DNA of 4,241 nucleotides from Enterobacteria phage H19J: sequence record AJ236875.1; one strand, 5' to 3'. Shown piece by piece: positions 1 to 4,241 of this stretch (position 1 is its first letter; each line of letters starts with the position of its first letter). The notes under the pieces were generated by a model. It saw only the letters and a program-made list of their open reading frames with translations, ran no database searches and was not told where the DNA came from. The position numbers and the translations under genes were made by a program.

Positions 1-456
1 GAATTCATCGCCGCAGCCAATCCGGCTACTGTGCTGGCATTACTGGATGAACTGGAAAGAAACCAGCAATACATCAAACGCCGCGATCAGGAGAACGAGG
101 ATATTGCGCTAACGGTAGGGAAACTGCGTGTTGAGCTGGAAGGCAAAGACAAGCTGATTGCAGAGCTTGGAAAACAATGCGCCGAATGGGAGCGAAAAGC
201 ATTAAGCAACTTTGAAGAGTGTGCTGCGATGGCTGAACGTATCGAAGAGATGAGTAAGCAAAGTTGCGAAGCCCGGGAGCGTGATTTGTTTGAATCATGG
301 GTAATGCATTCAATTTGTATCTCCAAATCGACGCTTGAAGGATTGCGTACCGAAACTGGATACCGTAACGCAACCTTATCAGGCACAGACTTCAACCGAA
401 TGTGGAAACAATGGAAATCTATCCGCGCTACTGGCATTCGCATCAAAGGAGAGTGA
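1..456 (+). CDS. Ea22-like coiled-coil early protein, C-terminal part (5'-partial; frame is open to the window start)
   Basis: Frame 1 is open from nt 1 (EFIAAANPAT...) to TGA at 454-456; the GTG at 31 is only the first in-window start. Heptad-rich, charged sequence (LLDELERNQQYIKRRDQENEDIALTVGKLRVELEGKDKLIAELGK...) matches my recollection of Ea22-family proteins of lambdoid phages. Position upstream of xis/int is consistent. Confidence 0.55.
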   Translation, partial: EFIAAANPATVLALLDELERNQQYIKRRDQENEDIALTVGKLRVELEGKDKLIAELGKQCAEWERKALSNFEECAAMAERIEEMSKQSCEARERDLFESWVMHSICISKSTLEGLRTETGYRNATLSGTDFNRMWKQWKSIRATGIRIKGE

Positions 457-458
457 GA

Positions 459-646
459 TGTCGCTGACGGTTAGGCAGTTAATCAGCAAGCTCAGAAAAA
501 TGCCTCCTGAGGCTGTCGTGGTCTGGCAGGGCTATGACCAATCAGAGGGTGAGTATAACGACTTTGTAGGTCATGTTGCTGATGTTACAGATGAGAATGC
601 ACCATCTTTTGACCCAGAAGTGCGCGTTGTGGCGCTAAGAGGATAA
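459..646 (+). CDS. Hypothetical small protein (62 aa)
   Basis: ATG at 459 preceded by AAGGAGA (about 447-453) with a 5-6 nt spacer; the start lies 2 nt after the Ea22-like stop. The 103-aa track ORF from 335 is the same frame extended upstream into the Ea22-like gene. Stop TAA at 644-646. No recognisable domain. Confidence 0.6.
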
Positions 647-649
647 CCC

Positions 650-1267
650 ATGACCACTATTACCAAAGAGCGACTACTGACAATCAAGCAGTGGCGCGAA
701 ACATACGGACCTGGTAGCAACGTTGTACTGCCAGCAGAAGAAGCGGAAGAACTGGCACGAATTGCTCTGGCATCGCTGGAAGCAGAGCCTATTGGTGAGG
801 TTTCAGAGAAGCGACTCGGCCTTGTTATGGATGGAACGGTAGACCTTGGCGGGAAATCAACTTATCGCATCATTAAGGGAGAAAAAGCGATGAAGTTGTT
901 GCCGCTGGGGACGAAGTTTTATACCGCACCGCCAGCGCCGATAGCGTTGGAGGCCATTGAAAATGCAATAGAATACATCCGCAGTATCGCTTTTCACATC
1001 GATGAAGACGATTACCACGGCAAACATATTGCGTATTTCATGCGACAAGCATTGGCCTGGCTGGAAGGGCATTCATGCAGTGATGACAGTCAGGGCAAAT
1101 CCGATAATTCACCATTGCCGCGCTACCAGGTGATCGAATTAACAATGCTGGTTAAACAATTGGTCAGCCAACTGAAAAAAGCAAAACCTGATTGCAAATT
1201 ACCTGATAGGGCGATGGATTATCTTTTGCGAAACGGACTGGTAAGTGCGGAGGATGTTTTACGATGA
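650..1267 (+). CDS. Hypothetical protein (205 aa), unknown function
   Basis: ATG at 650 preceded by AAGAGGA (637-643) with a 6-nt spacer. 618-nt ORF with enterobacterial-like codon usage; the stop overlaps the next start (ATGA at 1264-1267). No catalytic motif recognised. Confidence 0.8.
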   Translation: MTTITKERLLTIKQWRETYGPGSNVVLPAEEAEELARIALASLEAEPIGEVSEKRLGLVMDGTVDLGGKSTYRIIKGEKAMKLLPLGTKFYTAPPAPIALEAIENAIEYIRSIAFHIDEDDYHGKHIAYFMRQALAWLEGHSCSDDSQGKSDNSPLPRYQVIELTMLVKQLVSQLKKAKPDCKLPDRAMDYLLRNGLVSAEDVLR

Positions 1268-1851
1268 CCATTTCTACAAAAAAGCCTCTTTATGCTGAGG
1301 TTCACAATGTTCCTGATGATTATGAGTTCACTGACGAGGAACTAAACAGAATTATTGCAGGTGATATGTTCACTCCTCGTCAGGCCGCAATAATGGCACG
1401 GGAGATACAGAAACTCCGCGCCGCCATGCTTCATGGTGCCGAACCTGTAAGCCAAACTTACAAGTCACAACATACGCAGTTTGAACAAGTTGCTGACCTC
1501 TACGAAATGCAATTTGATGACGGTCGCACTTGTGCCTTTCACACTGATGCGCAAAAGGCTGCGCAATGGCTTCAGGCATGCGACGGAAACAGGGTTCAGG
1601 AATACGTGAAGCTGGAGCGATTGCGTAATGCGCTATCGGGCAACTCTCCGGTAACTCCGGATGGTTGGATATGCTGTAGTGAGCGAATGCCGGATAAGTT
1701 AATTCCGGTAATGGTCATGTATGAAGACGGTGAGATGTGGTCTGCAATGTGGAATGGCAATCGCTGGGATGATGGCACCGAATATCCGGATCCGCACTCA
1801 GTTACGCACTGGCGTGAAATGCCAGCAGCACCGCAGCAGGAGGTGAAGTGA
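1264..1851 (+). CDS. Phage protein with DUF551-like C-terminal domain (195 aa)
   Basis: ATGA start/stop overlap with the upstream gene indicates translational coupling. The C-terminal segment DGWICCSERMPDKLIPVMVMYEDGEMWSAMWNGNRWDDG...VTHWREMPAAP resembles the DUF551 pattern (W-I...ER-P...V...W...VTHW-x-P) as I recall it from enterobacterial prophage proteins. Confidence 0.8.
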   Translation: MTISTKKPLYAEVHNVPDDYEFTDEELNRIIAGDMFTPRQAAIMAREIQKLRAAMLHGAEPVSQTYKSQHTQFEQVADLYEMQFDDGRTCAFHTDAQKAAQWLQACDGNRVQEYVKLERLRNALSGNSPVTPDGWICCSERMPDKLIPVMVMYEDGEMWSAMWNGNRWDDGTEYPDPHSVTHWREMPAAPQQEVK

Positions 1852-1931
1852 TGGACTCCTTCGCGAAATATACGATTATTGACTGGATAGCATTCCTTCA
1901 GGTTTTGCTCATCTGGTTTTATATGGCTTAA
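1851..1931 (+). CDS. Candidate small hydrophobic peptide (26 aa: MDSFAKYTIIDWIAFLQVLLIWFYMA)
   Basis: Consensus Shine-Dalgarno AGGAGGT at 1838-1844 with a 6-nt spacer to ATG 1851. The ATG overlaps the upstream stop (TGATG at 1849-1853). An 18-residue hydrophobic stretch is compatible with one transmembrane helix. Very short, so uncertain. Confidence 0.4.
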   Translation: MDSFAKYTIIDWIAFLQVLLIWFYMA

Positions 1932-2251
1932 CAGGAGTGGGCAGTGGATTGTCAGTGTAGCCTGTAGCAAGGGATGGCGTTGGTGGAACCGAAAGAATAA
2001 AAAAGCGCTGGCCTTGGATTCGTTTTACGAAGCATTCAATCTTAACAGTCTTCAGCCTGGTTATGTCATTGTAGTCACCACTCAAAGCGGCATGACCATT
2101 CAGATTCATAAACCAAAAGAGGAAAAATGATGTTGGCCTATATGTGTTAATTGCGGACGGATGTGCCTATCTGGATGGTGCCGAAAGTGCGACAAATGCA
2201 CGAAGAAAAGACAATAACAATCCTCGCACTGACGGGGATTTCTTTTATCTG

Positions 2252-2276
2252 AACTCGCTACGGCGAGTTTTGTTTT
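2252..2276 (+). terminator. Intrinsic-terminator-like hairpin (possible tL-type terminator or attenuator)
   Basis: Stem AACTCGC (2252-2258) / GCGAGTT (2263-2269) with loop TACG, then a T-rich tract TTTGTTTT that runs directly into the ATG at 2277. Confidence 0.35.
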
Positions 2277-2288
2277 ATGGAGATGATT

Positions 2289-2588
2289 ATGGCCTGTTCA
2301 ACATTCAACCCTTTAACGTTACAGAAATACCAGCCAGACCCTGAAGATTTATGCTCACTGTGTGGCGGAAATCATGGTAAAGCTGCCATGATCGAATGTA
2401 AGGACAAAATCCACATATGCCTTAATTGCGTTGATGTCCTCGTTGATATCAAAAATGAAAGAGAAGATAAAAAGCGTAGCGAGGCTATTCGCGCCTTAGA
2501 TTCATGGATGCGAGATGGGTATAGTGCTGCGCAAATTTATGACTTAGCCATTTCAAAAGGCGAAATACCAGGTGTGCGAATCGAATAA
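2289..2588 (+). CDS. Cys-rich putative zinc-ribbon protein (about 99 aa; alternative start ATG 2277 gives 103 aa)
   Basis: ORF ends TAA 2586-2588. ATG 2289 has GGAGA (2279-2283) 5 nt upstream, whereas ATG 2277 has no SD and abuts the hairpin T-tract. Cys pattern C-x2-C-x11-C-x6-C-x2-C (LCSLCGG...ECKDKIHICLNC). It occupies the position that ea8.5 holds upstream of xis in lambda. Confidence 0.65.
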   Translation: MACSTFNPLTLQKYQPDPEDLCSLCGGNHGKAAMIECKDKIHICLNCVDVLVDIKNEREDKKRSEAIRALDSWMRDGYSAAQIYDLAISKGEIPGVRIE

Positions 2589-2623
2589 GAAGCGCACTCA
2601 AGCATCTTTTGGGGAAATCACAA

Positions 2624-2791
2624 ATGCACTTCCGAGTCACAGGTGAATTGAATGGAGAACCATTCAACAGAGTTATCGAAGCAGAGGACATCAACGACTG
2701 CTATGACCACTGGATGATATGGGCGCAGATAGCACATGCAGACGTAACCAATATTCGAATTGAAGAACTGAAAGAACACCAAGCCGCCTGA
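2624..2791 (+). CDS. Hypothetical small early-left protein (55 aa; MHFRVTGELNGEPFNRVIEAEDINDCYDHWMIWAQIAHADVTNIRIEELKEHQAA)
   Basis: ATG 2624 preceded by GGGGA (2611-2615). The track's 60-aa version uses a TTG at 2609. Stop TGA at 2789-2791 lies in the loop of the downstream hairpin. I believe a similar small ORF sits just upstream of xis in lambda, but this is unverified. Confidence 0.55.
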   Translation: MHFRVTGELNGEPFNRVIEAEDINDCYDHWMIWAQIAHADVTNIRIEELKEHQAA

Positions 2792-2803
2792 TGGCGGTTT
2801 TTT
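2783..2803 (+). terminator. Intrinsic-terminator-like hairpin upstream of xis
   Basis: GC stem CCGCC (2784-2788) / GGCGG (2793-2797) with loop TGAT, followed by TTTTTT (2798-2803). Confidence 0.5.
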
Positions 2804-2804
2804 A

Positions 2805-2845
2805 TTGCGTGTAATTGCGGAGACTTTGCGATGTACTTGACACTT
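2805..2845 (+). promoter_or_regulatory. cII-activated pI-type promoter overlapping the xis start
   Basis: Direct repeats TTGC-N6-TTGC at 2805-2818 (TTGCgtgtaaTTGC), which is the lambda CII recognition motif flanking a -35 region. A weak -10 candidate lies around 2832-2838, so the transcript would start at or inside the xis start codon (2831), as for lambda pI. Confidence 0.5.
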
Positions 2846-3049
2846 CAGGAGTGGAACGCTCGCCAGCGACGCCCAAGAAGCCTTGAAACAGTTCGTCGAT
2901 GGGTGCGCGAATGCAGGATATTCCCTCCTCCGGTTAAGGATGGCAGAGAGTATCTGTTCCACGAATCAGCGGTAAAGGTTGACTTAAATCGACCAGTAAC
3001 AGGTAGCCTTTTGAAGAGGATCAGAAATGGGAAGAAGGCGAAGTCATGA
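2831..3049 (+). CDS. xis: Excisionase Xis (72 aa)
   Basis: Translation MYLTLQEWNARQRRPRSLETVRRWVRECRIFPPPVKDGREYLFHESAVKVDLNRPVTGSLLKRIRNGKKAKS matches my recollection of lambda Xis essentially throughout. Its 3' end overlaps the int start by 23 nt, as in lambda. Confidence 0.95.
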   Translation: MYLTLQEWNARQRRPRSLETVRRWVRECRIFPPPVKDGREYLFHESAVKVDLNRPVTGSLLKRIRNGKKAKS

Positions 3050-4100
3050 GCGCCGGGATTTACCCCCTAACCTTTATATAAGAAACAATGGATATTACTG
3101 CTACAGGGACCCAAGGACGGGTAAAGAGTTTGGATTAGGCCGAGACAGGAGGATAGCAATCACTGAAGCAATACAGGCCAATATTGAGTTACTCTCAGAC
3201 AGCGGACGCAAATCACTGATAGACAGAATTAAAGGCGGTGACGCAATCACTCTTCATGTGTGGCTTGACCGATATGAAAGAATCCTCACCGAAAGAGGGA
3301 TCAGGCCGAAAACTCTACTCGACTACGCCAGCAAAATCAGGGCAATCCGAAGAAAATTGCCGGACAAACCGCTCACTGACATATCAACGAAAGAAGTGGC
3401 AGCAATGCTAAACACTAACGTGGCAGAAGGTAAAGCAGCTTCCGCAAAATTAATCAGGTCAACCCTTGTTGACGTTTTTCGTGAAGCAATAGCCGAGGGG
3501 CATGTTGCAACGAATCCGGTAACAGCAACCCGTACAGCAAAGTCAGAAGTAAGGCGCTCAAGGCTGACAGCTAATGAGTATGTCGAGATTTACCATGCAG
3601 CCGAACCTCTCCCTATCTGGCTAAGGCTGGCGATGGATTTGGCCGTCGTTACAGGGCAGAGAGTCGGCGATTTGTGCAGAATGAAATGGTCAGACATAAA
3701 CGACAACCATCTTCACATTGAACAGAGTAAAACAGGGGCTAAACTCGCCATTCCGCTAACGCTAACGATTGACGCGCTCAATATCTCATTGGCTGATACA
3801 CTACAGAAATGCAGGGAGGCCAGCAGCAGTGAAACTATAATCGCATCAAAGCATCACGATCCGCTTTCCCCGAAAACAGTATCAAAGTATTTTACAAAGG
3901 CGAGAAATGCATCTGGACTCTCATTTGATGGAAACCCGCCAACATTCCATGAACTGCGTAGCCTGTCAGCGAGGCTATACCGGAACCAGATTGGCGATAA
4001 GTTTGCTCAACGTCTTCTCGGGCATAAATCAGATTTAATGGCGGCGCGGTATAGGGACAGCCGTGGACGGGAATGGGACAAAATTGAAATCGACAAATGA
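3027..4100 (+). CDS. int: Lambda-family tyrosine integrase Int (357 aa)
   Basis: N-terminus MGRRRSHERRDLPPNLYIRNNGYYCYRDPRTGKEFGLGRDRRIAITEAIQANIEL matches the lambda Int arm-binding domain. Catalytic motifs are present: VVTGQRVGDL (Arg), HELRSLSARLY (His/Arg box) and LLGHKSDLMAARYRD (His and the Tyr nucleophile). The core-binding and catalytic domains are diverged from lambda. Confidence 0.97.
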   Translation: MGRRRSHERRDLPPNLYIRNNGYYCYRDPRTGKEFGLGRDRRIAITEAIQANIELLSDSGRKSLIDRIKGGDAITLHVWLDRYERILTERGIRPKTLLDYASKIRAIRRKLPDKPLTDISTKEVAAMLNTNVAEGKAASAKLIRSTLVDVFREAIAEGHVATNPVTATRTAKSEVRRSRLTANEYVEIYHAAEPLPIWLRLAMDLAVVTGQRVGDLCRMKWSDINDNHLHIEQSKTGAKLAIPLTLTIDALNISLADTLQKCREASSSETIIASKHHDPLSPKTVSKYFTKARNASGLSFDGNPPTFHELRSLSARLYRNQIGDKFAQRLLGHKSDLMAARYRDSRGREWDKIEIDK

Positions 4101-4241
4101 TTTTATTTTGACTAATAATGACCCACTTACATTAATTCATTGATAATAAAAGAGTTTTTAAATATACAACTTATTCACCTAAAGGATGACAAATACACAC
4201 AAATATTTTAAAAATCATATTGTTACATGAATTCGTAATCA
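4101..4241. other. attP phage attachment site (P' arm, core, start of P arm; P arm truncated at the window end)
   Basis: AT-rich region immediately 3' of int. Arm-type Int-site-like repeats lie at 4103-4125 (minus strand GGGTCATTAT / TAGTCAAAAT, compared with lambda P'2/P'3 AGGTCACTAT / CAGTCAAAAT). Candidate core at 4167-4187 (minus strand ATCCTTTAGGTGAATAAGTTG) shares the TAAGTTG half-site with the lambda core but differs on the other side. Confidence 0.7.
4133..4145 (-). promoter_or_regulatory. IHF binding site (H'-like) in the attP P' arm
   Basis: Minus-strand TATCAATGAATTA fits the IHF consensus WATCAANNNNTTR exactly. Its position between the int stop and the core corresponds to lambda H'. 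Confidence 0.45.

Larger units (their letters stand above)
1..4241. mobile_element. Segment of a lambdoid (lambda/HK022-type) phage or prophage: early-left accessory genes plus the xis-int-attP site-specific recombination module
   Basis: Lambda-type gene order and co-orientation (Ea22-like > small accessory ORFs > xis > int > attP), with xis/int overlap, a cII-box promoter overlapping the xis start, and IHF and arm-type sites downstream of int. Confidence 0.85.

Noticed and set aside
74-446. Minus-strand ORFs 74..373 (99 aa) and 87..446 (119 aa)
   Set aside because: Both are entirely antisense to the well-supported + strand Ea22-like frame, have no SD, and have low-complexity Ser/Arg-rich products typical of shadow ORFs.
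335-646. 103-aa form of the ORF ending at 646
   Set aside because: The 5' extension overlaps the Ea22-like coding frame for about 120 nt. The SD-preceded ATG at 459 is the plausible start.
834-872. Walker A-like stretch GTVDLGGKST in the 205-aa protein
   Set aside because: The spacing is G-x5-GKST rather than G-x4-GK[ST], and there is no Walker B or other NTPase context. Probably coincidental.
857-1579. Minus-strand ORFs 857..1072 and 1370..1579
   Set aside because: They are embedded antisense within the 205-aa and 195-aa + strand genes, with no ribosome-binding sites. Shadow ORFs.
1596-2109. Minus-strand ORFs 1596..1970 (124 aa) and 1909..2109 (66 aa)
   Set aside because: The first is largely antisense to the DUF551 gene. 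The second lies in the ORF-poor island but has no SD (the upstream minus-strand sequence is CCTCTTTTGG) and an unremarkable composition. I cannot fully exclude it but do not call it.
2144-2344. + strand 66-aa ORF with GTG start at 2144
   Set aside because: It has no SD, spans the terminator-like hairpin, and overlaps the better-supported Cys-rich ORF in another frame.
2609-2623. TTG start at 2609 for the small ORF (60-aa version)
   Set aside because: The ATG at 2624 with GGGGA 8 nt upstream is a more conventional start. The TTG would place the SD inside the coding sequence.
650-2791. A canonical anti-phage defence system or toxin-antitoxin operon in the accessory region
   Set aside because: No nuclease, ATPase, methyltransferase, TIR/SIR2, reverse transcriptase or known toxin motif is recognisable by eye. 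The only toxin-like signal is the short hydrophobic peptide, reported separately as a hypothesis.
2485-2962. Minus-strand ORFs 2485..2694 and 2618..2962
   Set aside because: They are antisense to the 55-aa ORF and to xis, whose identity is secure, and they run across the terminator and pI promoter.
4101-4241. tRNA gene or tRNA 3'-end fragment at the attachment site
   Set aside because: The region is extremely AT-rich with no acceptor-stem or T-arm-like GC structure or CCA-proximal motif. The lambda family integrates at a non-tRNA core.
1-4241. CRISPR array, IS element or inverted-repeat transposon ends, Chi sites
   Set aside because: No regularly spaced direct repeats, no terminal inverted repeats with a transposase ORF, and no GCTGGTGG or its complement found on visual scan.

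Overview
The window is the recombination end of a lambdoid (lambda/HK022-type) phage or prophage early-left operon, with every credible gene on the + strand. In order: the 3' part of an Ea22-like coiled-coil gene (open at the window start), a 62-aa ORF, a translationally coupled pair of unknown-function genes (205 aa; 195 aa with a DUF551-like C-terminus), an ORF-poor ~345-bp island, a Cys-rich putative zinc-ribbon ORF, a 55-aa ORF, a terminator-like hairpin, a cII-type pI promoter, xis, int and a partial attP. Xis and the first ~55 residues of Int match my recollection of phage lambda, while the rest of Int and the attP core are diverged, which is the HK022-type pattern. I see no tRNA, rRNA, CRISPR array, IS element or recognisable defence enzyme, and I do not think the sequence supports a canonical new defence system. 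The most interesting unexplained signals are a perfectly SD-preceded 26-codon hydrophobic ORF at 1851..1931, the ORF-poor island with a mini-ORF and hairpin at 1932..2276, and the uncharacterised accessory ORFs upstream of xis. The window starts with GAATTC and ends with GAATTC+GTAATCA, which looks like a cloned EcoRI fragment with a few vector bases at the 3' end. All homology statements are from memory, not from a database search.
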